A stretch of DNA of 34,387 nucleotides, from the IMG/VR virus record IMGVR_UViG_3300045988_107065; one strand, given 5' to 3'. Positions 26,088-34,326 of this stretch are shown here, piece by piece. This stretch comes from a virus (lineage: Duplodnaviria; Heunggongvirae; Uroviricota; Caudoviricetes). The first letter of the stretch is position 1. Every line of letters begins with the position of its first letter. The notes under the pieces were generated by a model. It had not been told where the DNA came from. It was given only the letters and a program-made list of their open reading frames with translations, and did no database searches. Both the position numbers and the translations under genes were made by a program.

Positions 26088-26888
26088 TTACTTGATAAAT
26101 CCTGCCGCCTTTCCCCGCCTGTATTCCTCCATCAGCCACTGAGCCGGTGTTATTCCCCCAAGGGTGGCGGCGTTAGGCATGCACCCGAAACTTCGCCCTG
26201 GTGGATGGTAAACGTCTCCCCCTGTGTCCGGAGGTGTACTCATGGGTTCTGGCTTTGCCTGTATGCTGATCACCGGATCGGGTATCTGCTGTCCGGAAGC
26301 CACCTTTTTCGCCCAATCATCGAGCAGCCTGCGCGCGTGTTTCTCAACCTCAATCTCGCTAAGCTGGCGCTGATACATTGCACGGCGTGTATCACATACG
26401 ACCCAGTACATAACAGGATGCCGCCACGGGAATCTTTCGGGACCACCAGGATATAAACTTTTTTCCTTGCTGTACCGGTGAAACTCCGCCATCACATCGT
26501 CAATGGTGACGCCAAGAACCATCTTGCTGTCTTTACACCACTTGATGAATTGCCCTGGCGACGGCCAGAACGGAGACTCACTGGCGCGGGCGTGGCGCAT
26601 ACCAGCAGAAACCTGTTCACGGGTTCGGATCCCCCCTTCGGCAAACGCAGCAATCCACTGCTGTTTTGCAGCAACTTCCTGCTCTGGCGTCTTCAGGTTG
26701 GTTACCACTGCCGCCGGAAACAGCTGTTTCAGCTGTTTGAAAAGGGCATCAACAAGCCTCTCTGCTGACATGTTCACCACATTGTCATTGTTGACGTACT
26801 GATGCTCATAACCTGACATGCGAGAAAGGGCTTCTCCGTCACGGTTTTGTATCGCGGTAAAAACGTTGTTCACAAGAAATCCTCCCAT
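26088..26888 (-). CDS. Replication protein P-like (helicase loader)
   Basis: Strong resemblance to lambda P core (QQWIAAFAEGGIRTREQVSAGMRHARASESPFWPSPGQFIKWCKD vs RQWVLAFRENGITTMEQVNAGMRVARRQNRPFLPSPGQFVAWCRE, lambda P recalled from memory). Confidence 0.8.
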   Translation of the reverse strand: MGGFLVNNVFTAIQNRDGEALSRMSGYEHQYVNNDNVVNMSAERLVDALFKQLKQLFPAAVVTNLKTPEQEVAAKQQWIAAFAEGGIRTREQVSAGMRHARASESPFWPSPGQFIKWCKDSKMVLGVTIDDVMAEFHRYSKEKSLYPGGPERFPWRHPVMYWVVCDTRRAMYQRQLSEIEVEKHARRLLDDWAKKVASGQQIPDPVISIQAKPEPMSTPPDTGGDVYHPPGRSFGCMPNAATLGGITPAQWLMEEYRRGKAAGFIK

Positions 26889-27685
26889 GCTTCAGGGCTG
26901 TTCCAGTGCGGAACGTTGTTATCAGGTAATGTTGATTGCTTCTGTCTGCTAATCTGCAGCCGCCTTGCCAGCTTCTGCTCCCACTGTGCCTGATGGTATG
27001 CCTTACCCTCAGCCATCCAGTAAATTCTGAACTCTGCAAGTTCCTGTGCCGTTGGCAGACTGTCCAGGTAGATCCCCTGCAATGAGCTTTTCCGAAGAAA
27101 GTCATCTGATGGCTGCCATTGTTCATGCATGACAAATTTGCCTAATTGCCCTGGCCCACCAGGAGGAACAAAGTTATTCATCACGGCGTTGTTTGCGTTG
27201 GGGTCATGATGCACAGAATCCCCGTTTTTTGTCCTGCTCTCCCTCTCTTGGTTAAATGACTGGTTATATGACTGGTTCTGGATCCCGTTTTTGGGATCAT
27301 TCAACATCCCGTTTTTGGGATCATTCAACATCCCGTTTTTGGGTATATTCCCGTTTTCGGTAACATTACCGTTTTCGGGTTCATTGCCCCCCTCCCGGTT
27401 GCCTTTAATGTTCCCGTTTTTGGTTATATTAAGAGAGAAAACCCGCACTCTTTTTGTCGCTCCCTTTCTCTCTCCGGTATCTGAAATAAGCCCCATTTTC
27501 ATGAGCGATATAAGTCCGGCCTGCACGGTTTTTTTATTCAGGCAAGTGTCTTTAACGAGGCGTTCTATGCTGGGGTAGCAGAGGTTATATTCATCGGCTC
27601 TGTCAGCCATCGAGAGCAGTATGAGCTTTAATGATGAGCTACCTGGATCTGTCTCCCAGGCCCAATCTGTTGCATGTCTGCTCAT
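26870..27685 (-). CDS. Replication initiator, lambda O-like (N-terminal HTH, C-terminal DnaT-like region) containing the origin iterons
   Basis: N-terminal HTH-type region; Asn/Gly repeat segment encoded by DNA iterons; immediately upstream of the P-like gene. Confidence 0.65.
   Translation of the reverse strand: MSRHATDWAWETDPGSSSLKLILLSMADRADEYNLCYPSIERLVKDTCLNKKTVQAGLISLMKMGLISDTGERKGATKRVRVFSLNITKNGNIKGNREGGNEPENGNVTENGNIPKNGMLNDPKNGMLNDPKNGIQNQSYNQSFNQERESRTKNGDSVHHDPNANNAVMNNFVPPGGPGQLGKFVMHEQWQPSDDFLRKSSLQGIYLDSLPTAQELAEFRIYWMAEGKAYHQAQWEQKLARRLQISRQKQSTLPDNNVPHWNSPEAWEDFL
27282..27425. repeat. Iteron array (putative origin of replication) inside the O-like gene
   Basis: Six copies of CCGTTTT(T/C)GG, including two perfect 24 bp tandem units (atcccgtttttgggatcattcaac). 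Confidence 0.65.
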
Positions 27686-27700
27686 GATTAATCTCCGCTA

Positions 27701-27901
27701 TCAGCTTGAGTGTTGTGGGGAGGAATTAATCATGATCTGCTTAATCTCTGCCCTGATGCGACGGTTTGATTCCATGGTGCACTCAACACAGTGTCCGTTG
27801 TAAACCCAGCGTTCACTGTCATGTCCGTGCTTACATGGTTTTCCGGTGTAGTAGCGTTTAAGTCCGCGCTTTGCGGCATCAATACGTGTAATGATTTCCA
27901 T
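27701..27901 (-). CDS. Small Cys/His-rich putative zinc-ribbon protein (about 67 aa)
   Basis: GKPCKHGH...GHCVEC motif; ATG at 27901 (track ORF extends upstream). Confidence 0.4.
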   Translation of the reverse strand: MEIITRIDAAKRGLKRYYTGKPCKHGHDSERWVYNGHCVECTMESNRRIRAEIKQIMINSSPQHSS

Positions 27902-27981
27902 GGTAAGCCCTGTTATTAGTATTGGGATTACGGTTATTTTGTGCTGACACAAAAAAAAGATCAACCATATTTGGTTTTTTA

Positions 27982-27996
27982 TTACCTTTGAGGTAC
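27982..27996. promoter_or_regulatory. TTACC-N5-GGTAC palindrome (site 7, one mismatch)
   Basis: attaccTTTGAggtacg. Confidence 0.35.
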
Positions 27997-28051
27997 GAAT
28001 AGATATGAAAAGACCGCCGGATGGCGGTCTACAGAGGGTTGTGGCTGGATA

Positions 28052-28282
28052 TCATGAGTAGAAGAAGTATGCCAGTTCTGCTTTTGAGCGCAGCCATTGT
28101 CTTGATTTACAGGCTTTAAAAAGCCCATCCATCAATACCTTACCTGGCATTTTGCGCTTACCTGTTAAGTGAGTCTGGATATAGTGACTCGTCGTTCCGG
28201 CTTCCTGTGCGAAGGCTTCACGCTCATCCGGAGTAAGTGCAAGCCAGTGCTTTTTGAAATCGAAATGTCCGTTATCGCTCAT
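28052..28282 (-). CDS. Cro-like HTH DNA-binding protein (76 aa)
   Basis: HTH segment EAGTTSHYIQTHLTGKRKMP resembles Cro/YdaS-type HTH; first gene of the minus-strand operon, divergent from the repressor. Confidence 0.6.
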   Translation of the reverse strand: MSDNGHFDFKKHWLALTPDEREAFAQEAGTTSHYIQTHLTGKRKMPGKVLMDGLFKACKSRQWLRSKAELAYFFYS

Positions 28283-28318
28283 AGCTATTGCCTGATATTT
28301 ATTTCAGATAATAAATAT

Positions 28319-28381
28319 TCACCTATAAGGTAACAAAAATCAAGGATAGTTACCCATGAGGTGCATTTACCTGTTGGGTAA
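28319..28381. promoter_or_regulatory. Divergent promoter/operator region with three adjacent palindromic sites (two imperfect, one perfect TTACC-N5-GGTAA)
   Basis: tcaccTATAAggtaa (28319-28333), ttaccCATGAggtgc (28350-28364), ttaccTGTTGggtaa (28367-28381) between the divergent cro-like and repressor genes. Confidence 0.55.
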
Positions 28382-28436
28382 TATTGCTTTAAATTGAATC
28401 ATCTTCTGATTCAGATATGAGGCGATTTTCCAGAAA

Positions 28437-29021
28437 ATGAAAAGTATCCAGGACGTCCGCAGGCAAAATCTCAACGACTTGATCGACCGTGAATTCAATG
28501 GTGTTCAGACGCGGATGGCTGAAAAACTTGGAACTCAGGCAAATCTGGTAAACCGCTGGGCTCTTGGCAAGAAGGTTATCGGCGACCAGGTTGCGCGAAA
28601 AATTGAAGCTGCCGCCAATAAACCCCGTAACTGGCTTGATATCGATCGCTCGCTTTCTCAGGAAGGTTTTCAGCCTGTCGGACCAAGCGACATTGGTCAA
28701 CTGGCGGCTCACAACCTGGAACGCTGGATGAGCGAAAGCCGCGACCTTTCAACGCAGGGAAAACTTCACCGCGCATCCGGCGTCGCCCAGGTGACAATCA
28801 GCCGCCTGTTAAACAATGAGGTCAGCGTTTCCATTTCCACCCTGGAGAATGTTGCATCCGCATTCGGGCGTCACGGCTATGAATTACTGATTCACCCGCA
28901 CGACCCTGCGACTATCAACTATGACCGCTCGCGCTACGCTTTGTTACCCGAAACCGAGAAAGCAAAGATCGAAAGTTACATTGAATTTGTCATCAACCAG
29001 AACGAAAAAAACAAACAATAA
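28437..29021 (+). CDS. Repressor-like protein with two tandem XRE-type HTH domains and no peptidase domain
   Basis: Two HTH-like segments (QTRMAEKLGTQANLVNRW; ASGVAQVTISRLLNNE); no Ser/Lys S24 autocleavage motifs seen. Confidence 0.65.
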   Translation: MKSIQDVRRQNLNDLIDREFNGVQTRMAEKLGTQANLVNRWALGKKVIGDQVARKIEAAANKPRNWLDIDRSLSQEGFQPVGPSDIGQLAAHNLERWMSESRDLSTQGKLHRASGVAQVTISRLLNNEVSVSISTLENVASAFGRHGYELLIHPHDPATINYDRSRYALLPETEKAKIESYIEFVINQNEKNKQ

Positions 29022-29041
29022 AATCATATTTTTCAGTAAGT

Positions 29042-29067
29042 AAGCCGCCTTCTGGCGGCTTTTTTAT
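29042..29067 (+). terminator. Rho-independent terminator after the repressor gene
   Basis: aagccgcc-ttct-ggcggctt followed by TTTT. Confidence 0.65.
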
Positions 29068-29078
29068 TGCCTGTTCGA

Positions 29079-29093
29079 TTACCTAACGGGTAA
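29079..29093. promoter_or_regulatory. TTACC-N5-GGTAA palindrome (site 9)
   Basis: gattaccTAACGggtaatt. Confidence 0.45.
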
Positions 29094-29140
29094 TTTTTTT
29101 AACTCATATCTATTGACATCAAACCATATACGCATAATTA

Positions 29141-29155
29141 TTACCTCAACGGTAA
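29141..29155. promoter_or_regulatory. TTACC-N5-GGTAA palindrome (site 10) immediately downstream of a TTGACA (29113-29118) promoter-like element
   Basis: attaccTCAACggtaac. Confidence 0.5.
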
Positions 29156-29174
29156 CAGACCGAGGTAACAAGTT

Positions 29175-29327
29175 ATGCAGTGGAAAATCATCAACGGTTG
29201 GTACTGCGTTACTGCATGCGGATTCATGAGCTGGAAGTTCCGCACCTTACAGGAAGGCATTAAATGGGCTTTCGTCAGCAAAGAAGCTCGCGATGTGGCC
29301 AACGATAACGAGATATGGGAGGGCTGA
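29175..29327 (+). CDS. Small hypothetical protein (50 aa), first ORF of the plus-strand early operon
   Basis: ATG with GAGGTAA RBS; hydrophobic/aromatic-rich; below the track cutoff. Confidence 0.4.
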   Translation: MQWKIINGWYCVTACGFMSWKFRTLQEGIKWAFVSKEARDVANDNEIWEG

Positions 29328-29329
29328 TA

Positions 29330-29629
29330 ATGAACGTTAATCAGCAGAAAAATCTTCAAAAAATCATGCTGGCATTCGACAAGGACTACCGTCTGTCAGA
29401 ACAGCTATATGACCGACAAGTTGAACTGATTGAGAGTATCCGGCTTCATCAACTGGCATCAACTTTCGACGTTGTAACAGTTAAAGGCGTTCGCCAGGAA
29501 GTACTGGAGGCCGCTAAAGACAGCCCTGAGTTCGAAGAACTAATGGATGCCTACCGGCGCGAGGCAATGGCAATTATCGCCCGCTGGGATCTGGCTGATC
29601 AGCTTGATGGGCAGAGGGACGCGGCATGA
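29330..29629 (+). CDS. Hypothetical protein (about 99 aa) upstream of the recombination genes
   Basis: ATG directly after the preceding stop (TGATAATG); track ORF starts at 29315. Confidence 0.45.
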   Translation: MNVNQQKNLQKIMLAFDKDYRLSEQLYDRQVELIESIRLHQLASTFDVVTVKGVRQEVLEAAKDSPEFEELMDAYRREAMAIIARWDLADQLDGQRDAA

Positions 29630-30447
29630 AACCGGGAATTTATTTCGACATCAGCAACGAAGACTACCACGCCGGTGACGGCGTGAGTAAGTCGCAACTG
29701 GACATGGTTGCCAAGAATCCGGCGCTTCTTAAATGGGTTCAGGCAGCACCAGAAGACGAAGAGAAAAAGTCTGCACTGGATATGGGAACCGCATTGCACT
29801 GTCTGCTTCTGGAGCCTGGAGAGTTCGACAAACGCTTCATTGTTTCACCGAAATTCGATCGTCGGACGAAACAAGGTAAAGCTGACGAAGAGGAATTTCT
29901 TCGTGATGTGGCGGATATGGGGATTACGGTACTTGATGCCGAGCAGTGGCGGAAACTGGAGCTGATGCGTGATAGCGCAATGGCTCACCCGGCGGCACGC
30001 TGGATGCTGGAAGCACCTGGTTACTGCGAAGCATCAATGTACTGGAACGATGAAGAGACGGGGGAGTTGTGCCGAATTCGTCCAGACAAATGGCTGAACG
30101 AGCACAACGTGATCGTCGACGTGAAAAAGGTTGCAGATATGGACCGTTTTGCACGCCACATCGAGGAATTCCGCTACCACGTGCAGGACGCAATGTACCG
30201 CGAAGGCGCAATGAGGGTTACTGGTCAGCCGCATGGTTTTTTCTTTCTTGCCGTGAGCGAAAGCATTGATTGTGGTCGGTATCCGGTACGCGTGTTCGAG
30301 CTGGATGCGCAGGATGTCGATGCCGGGCACGCTCTGTTCCGCCGGGATCTGAATACCTATCACGAATGCCGCATCAATGATGAATGGGGCGGTGTGGAAA
30401 TCATTAAACGCCCTGAGTGGGCACGCAAACAGGATATGTACATATGA
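29626..30447 (+). CDS. PD-(D/E)XK recombination exonuclease (RecE C-terminal/DUF3799-like)
   Basis: N-terminal FDISNEDYHAGDGVSKSQL motif, D...DVKK nuclease core; ATGA overlap with RecT-like gene downstream. Confidence 0.7.
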   Translation: MKPGIYFDISNEDYHAGDGVSKSQLDMVAKNPALLKWVQAAPEDEEKKSALDMGTALHCLLLEPGEFDKRFIVSPKFDRRTKQGKADEEEFLRDVADMGITVLDAEQWRKLELMRDSAMAHPAARWMLEAPGYCEASMYWNDEETGELCRIRPDKWLNEHNVIVDVKKVADMDRFARHIEEFRYHVQDAMYREGAMRVTGQPHGFFFLAVSESIDCGRYPVRVFELDAQDVDAGHALFRRDLNTYHECRINDEWGGVEIIKRPEWARKQDMYI

Positions 30448-31385
30448 GCAACGACATCGCAAACATCAACGCACCAGTAGACACAGCAATCGCTGGAACT
30501 GCTGCAACTATTTTCAGCCCAGACGGCTTGAACCAACTGATGAAATTCGCCGAGGTAATGGCGCAAAGCCGCGTAACGGTACCGGCGCACCTCGCCGGGA
30601 AACCAGCTGATTGCATGGCCGTGGCAATGCAGGCTGCGCAGTGGGGAATGAACCCGTTTGCCGTGGCTCAGAAAACCCATGTTGTGAACGGCACGCTAGG
30701 TTATGAAGCCCAATTAGTAAACGCAGTTATCTCAACGATGTCGCCAACAAAAGATCGCATCAACTACGAGTGGTTCGGGCCGTGGGAACGCGTGATCGGT
30801 AAGTTTGTTGAGAAAACATCCAAAAACGGCAATCCATATATCGCACCAGGCTGGACTCTAAAAGACGAAGAAGGCTGCGGTGTTCGCGTATGGGCAACCA
30901 TGAAGGGCGAGGATCAACCTCGAGTGCTTGAGTTAATGCTGTCTCAAGCACAGGTAAGAAACTCCACACTTTGGGCCAGTGATCCGAAACAACAACTCGC
31001 ATACCTTGCGACAAAACGCTGGTCTCGCCTGCACTGTCCTGACGTAATCATGGGCGTCTACACCCCAGACGAATTACAGGAAACGGCACCGCGCGTTGAG
31101 CGAGACATTACTCCGCAAACGACCACTGCTGCGGGAATGAACAGTCTGATCAACGCTAAACCAGCGAAAAAGCCTGATGAGCAAACGCGTAAATCGGACA
31201 GCCGTGATCCAGAAGAAATGCTGATGGCCTTTACCAGCGCAGCGATGAATTACAGCACTGTCTCCGAACTGGATAAGGCTTACAAATACATTGCACAAAA
31301 ACTTTCAGATGATGACGAACTGCTGGCAAAAGCCACCGACGTTTACAGCGTTCGTCGGGAAGAATTAAACGAAACATCTATGTAA
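30444..31385 (+). CDS. recT: RecT-family single-strand annealing protein
   Basis: Sequence characteristic of the RecT family; coupled to the exonuclease gene (start ATG at 30444 overlapping the upstream TGA). Confidence 0.8.
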   Translation: MSNDIANINAPVDTAIAGTAATIFSPDGLNQLMKFAEVMAQSRVTVPAHLAGKPADCMAVAMQAAQWGMNPFAVAQKTHVVNGTLGYEAQLVNAVISTMSPTKDRINYEWFGPWERVIGKFVEKTSKNGNPYIAPGWTLKDEEGCGVRVWATMKGEDQPRVLELMLSQAQVRNSTLWASDPKQQLAYLATKRWSRLHCPDVIMGVYTPDELQETAPRVERDITPQTTTAAGMNSLINAKPAKKPDEQTRKSDSRDPEEMLMAFTSAAMNYSTVSELDKAYKYIAQKLSDDDELLAKATDVYSVRREELNETSM

Positions 31386-31434
31386 CCACCACCGCGGCGC
31401 CACGCGCGCCGCACTGCAACCAAGAGAGGTATTT

Positions 31435-31683
31435 ATGAAAGGTGCATTAGGTAAGAAGGAACTCCTGGCGGTGGTTCCACTGTCATGGAGCACTATCGAC
31501 CGTATGGAGCGCGCAGGGGAATTTCCTAAACGCTGGTATATCACCGATAAACGCTGCGCATGGAACCGTGATGAAGTTGAGCGTTGGCTTGATGAACGTC
31601 AGGCAGCAAGCCCGGCAGAGTTCCAGGGTAAAAAACCTCCTGTTCAGCAACGTGTATATCGTCCCGTGAGCAACGCGGCATGA
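31435..31683 (+). CDS. AlpA-family DNA-binding protein (excisionase/transcriptional regulator type)
   Basis: Motif LSWSTIDRMERAGEFPKRWYITDKRCAWNRDEVERWL typical of the AlpA/Vis/TorI family. Confidence 0.75.
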   Translation: MKGALGKKELLAVVPLSWSTIDRMERAGEFPKRWYITDKRCAWNRDEVERWLDERQAASPAEFQGKKPPVQQRVYRPVSNAA

Positions 31684-31792
31684 GTGTGCTGCTAAGGCAC
31701 TGGAGCAAATGGTCAGGATGGTACTTATTCCTGGCCTCTGTTTCAGCATGGCTTTATCTGCTGGCATTAATTTTCAGAGAGGGTTGGATTAA

Positions 31793-32092
31793 GTGAGAAA
31801 GTTAAGCCGACTTGAAAAATATCACATGAACAAGGTTTCAATGCGCAGTCCGTCAAAGATTGTCGCCGTTACTCCTGCGGCGATAGAGATCGAAAAACGC
31901 GCGATTGAAAGAGAGAAAAAAGGGCAGTTCCGCATTGCCGCTCACCTTTGGCTTCAGTGTATGGATGTTGCTTCTGGTGATGTTGAGCGTGCAAGGATCG
32001 CGGTTCGCAGGGACCAATGTATCACAAAAGGTAACGGCCTTCGCCGTGGCGACTATAGCGGCATAGGATGTTGTGGGGTGGTTTATGACTAA
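31793..32092 (+). CDS. Hypothetical protein (start uncertain: GTG 31793, ATG 31826 or ATG 31844)
   Basis: ORF between the AlpA-like and methyltransferase genes. Confidence 0.4.
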   Translation: MRKLSRLEKYHMNKVSMRSPSKIVAVTPAAIEIEKRAIEREKKGQFRIAAHLWLQCMDVASGDVERARIAVRRDQCITKGNGLRRGDYSGIGCCGVVYD

Positions 32093-32735
32093 GAAATACA
32101 CACTAATCTATGCAGATCCACCCTGGGTATACCGGGACAAAGCCGCAGATGGTAATCGCGGTGCCGGTTTTAAATATCCGGTTATGAGTGTGCTGGATAT
32201 CTGCCGCCTTCCTGTGTGGGATTTGGCCGATGAAAACTGTCTGTTGGCCATGTGGTGGGTGCCAACACAACCACTCGAAGCACTAAAAGTTGTTGAGGCC
32301 TGGGGATTCCGTCTGATGACCATGAAGGGATTCACGTGGATAAAATGTGGTAGTCGACAACCAGATAAACTGGTTATGGGTATGGGTCACATGACTCGCG
32401 CCAATAGTGAAGATTGCCTGTTTGCAGTAAAGGGAAAACTACCTACGCGCATTAATGCAGGGATCGTTCAGTCATTTACCGCACCGCGGCTTGAGCATTC
32501 AAGAAAACCAGATATCGTTCGTGAAAAACTTGTGCAATTGTTAGGCGATGTTTCTCGCATTGAACTGTTCGCCCGCCAGTCGTCTCATGGTTTCGATGTT
32601 TGGGGTAATCAGTGCGAAGACCCGGCAGTGCAACTACACCCTGGATACGCGTTGGATATTGCCAGATTAACAAATGCATTCAGCAATGCTCCGCTGTCAC
32701 CAACAGACAACCAGGGGCGGGAGCGTGCAGCATGA
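32085..32735 (+). CDS. MT-A70 family N6-adenine DNA methyltransferase (orphan, no cognate endonuclease in window)
   Basis: Catalytic DPPW motif (LIYADPPWVY); ATG at 32085. Confidence 0.85.
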   Translation: MTKKYTLIYADPPWVYRDKAADGNRGAGFKYPVMSVLDICRLPVWDLADENCLLAMWWVPTQPLEALKVVEAWGFRLMTMKGFTWIKCGSRQPDKLVMGMGHMTRANSEDCLFAVKGKLPTRINAGIVQSFTAPRLEHSRKPDIVREKLVQLLGDVSRIELFARQSSHGFDVWGNQCEDPAVQLHPGYALDIARLTNAFSNAPLSPTDNQGRERAA

Positions 32736-32926
32736 ACAGGGCATCACCATCAGATTTAAGGAAATGCCTTGAAACTGCAAACATGCTTGCACACAGCGGG
32801 ATCAGGTTTGTTCCAATTCCCGCTGTCACTGATGCTGAATTTGCAACACTGTCAGCAATATTCACAGATAAAATTGAATCACTGGCAGCAGAAGCCGAGA
32901 TGGAAGAAAATCAGCAGAATAATTAA
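32732..32926 (+). CDS. Small hypothetical protein (64 aa)
   Basis: ATG overlapping the methyltransferase stop (ATGA) with GGGAG upstream. Confidence 0.45.
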   Translation: MNRASPSDLRKCLETANMLAHSGIRFVPIPAVTDAEFATLSAIFTDKIESLAAEAEMEENQQNN

Positions 32927-32929
32927 ACG

Positions 32930-34180
32930 TTATTCCCCCGCCATCCATTTCTCAAACTTCGACGGGGAGAACGGAATCAGATCCGTATGCTCCCCGTCAA
33001 TCCAGGAATCAATCATATCGGCCCACTGCTGCAACATGTAGGCGCGCTGTCTGGCGTATTCCGCTTTGTTATATACGGCGCGCACACCTTTCTGCTCATG
33101 TGCCAGAGCCTTTTCAATCCAGTCTGAAGGATAACCAGCCTCATGCAATAACGTACTGGCTGTACGGCGCATATCGTGTACGGTGAAATCCTGAATATGC
33201 TCACCATCTTCATTTATTATTTTCACCGTTCTGTCGATCAGAGAGTTCAGCGCGGCATTAGATAATGGCTTCCGGAAATTGTAACGACCAGGAACCAGAT
33301 ATTCACTTCCACCAGCGCACATCTGCAACCCGACCAATATATCCTGAGCCTGTTTAGGCAGGTAAATAACATGCGCCCGGCTTCCCTTCATGCGGTCTGA
33401 AGGAATTGTCCATGTCCATTTTTTAAAATCTATTTCATCCCACGTTGCATTGGTGAATTCGCCCTTACGAACCATAGTGATAAGCACCAGTTTTAAAGCC
33501 ATTTTCATAGTGCCCATAGCACCAATGGCATCCAACGTGCGGAAGAACAGGCCAATTTCTTCTGGTGTCAGTGTTCGCTCTCGTGGTTTAAATATGGCGA
33601 TAGACGAAGGCTTAATGTCAGCCGCAGGATTAAACAAACCATGACCACGGTCATTGGCGTGACGGTATACGCTGCTGATGATCTCCCTGGCCTGCACTGC
33701 TGTTGCCCGGCCACCGCGTTCGACAATCCGGTCACACAAATCACGAACCATCGATGTGGTAATTTCAGCCATCATTTTGTTGCCAAGAACCGGAAGTATG
33801 TCACGGTCGATCACTGCCTGCTTCATTGCGCGGGTACTTTCAGCCAGGATGACGTGTTTCATATAACTGTCGGTATGTACCGCAAACGTTTCGGCACCAC
33901 GAATCTTTTTGATACCGTCACGTTTAGCCGCAGCCGGTGACTGGCCTGCTTTAAGCAGCTTCTTTGCAGCAATCAGTTCTTCCCGCGCTTCTGCCAGGCT
34001 GATACCGTCACGCCCATACTGCCCGATTACCAGTGTTTCGCGGCGACCGTTGATACGGTAGTCATAACGAAATGAGACCGTGCCTGACGTAAGCACAGCT
34101 ACATACAGCCCGTCACGATCGGAGACCTTGTACAGTTTGTCCTGCGGCTTGAGGTTTTTTAATTTTGTATCGGTAAGCAC
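32930..34180 (-). CDS. int: Tyrosine integrase, P4-type (N-terminal arm-binding domain plus catalytic domain)
   Basis: N-terminal MLTDTKLKNLKP...GLYVAV...FRYDYR arm-binding motif; C-terminal HDMRRT...VRAVYNKAEY with catalytic Tyr. Confidence 0.9.
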   Translation of the reverse strand: MLTDTKLKNLKPQDKLYKVSDRDGLYVAVLTSGTVSFRYDYRINGRRETLVIGQYGRDGISLAEAREELIAAKKLLKAGQSPAAAKRDGIKKIRGAETFAVHTDSYMKHVILAESTRAMKQAVIDRDILPVLGNKMMAEITTSMVRDLCDRIVERGGRATAVQAREIISSVYRHANDRGHGLFNPAADIKPSSIAIFKPRERTLTPEEIGLFFRTLDAIGAMGTMKMALKLVLITMVRKGEFTNATWDEIDFKKWTWTIPSDRMKGSRAHVIYLPKQAQDILVGLQMCAGGSEYLVPGRYNFRKPLSNAALNSLIDRTVKIINEDGEHIQDFTVHDMRRTASTLLHEAGYPSDWIEKALAHEQKGVRAVYNKAEYARQRAYMLQQWADMIDSWIDGEHTDLIPFSPSKFEKWMAGE

Positions 34181-34222
34181 AATTCACCCGTATAGAAACC
34201 ATTTTCATGACGGTATGAGAGT

Positions 34223-34237
34223 ATACCTTTAAGGTAA
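34223..34237. promoter_or_regulatory. ATACC-N5-GGTAA palindrome (site 11, one mismatch) upstream of the integrase gene
   Basis: atacctTTAAggtaat. Confidence 0.4.
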
Positions 34238-34298
34238 TACCGTCACCTGTACCGCCGAAAAATATGGTGTAGAGTGAATAGAAATGAATACATAAAAA

Positions 34299-34326
34299 CA
34301 AAAACCCTCTGCAAAAACAGAGGGTT
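34299..34326 (-). terminator. Rho-independent terminator (minus strand; weaker on plus strand)
   Basis: ccctctg-caaaaa-cagaggg; on the minus strand followed by TTTTTGTTTTT. Confidence 0.6.

Noticed and set aside
27282-27425. Possible CRISPR array or minisatellite
   Set aside because: Repeat units are short (about 12-24 bp), contiguous with no unique spacers, in-frame within the O-like gene and encode a protein repeat; this fits origin iterons, not CRISPR.
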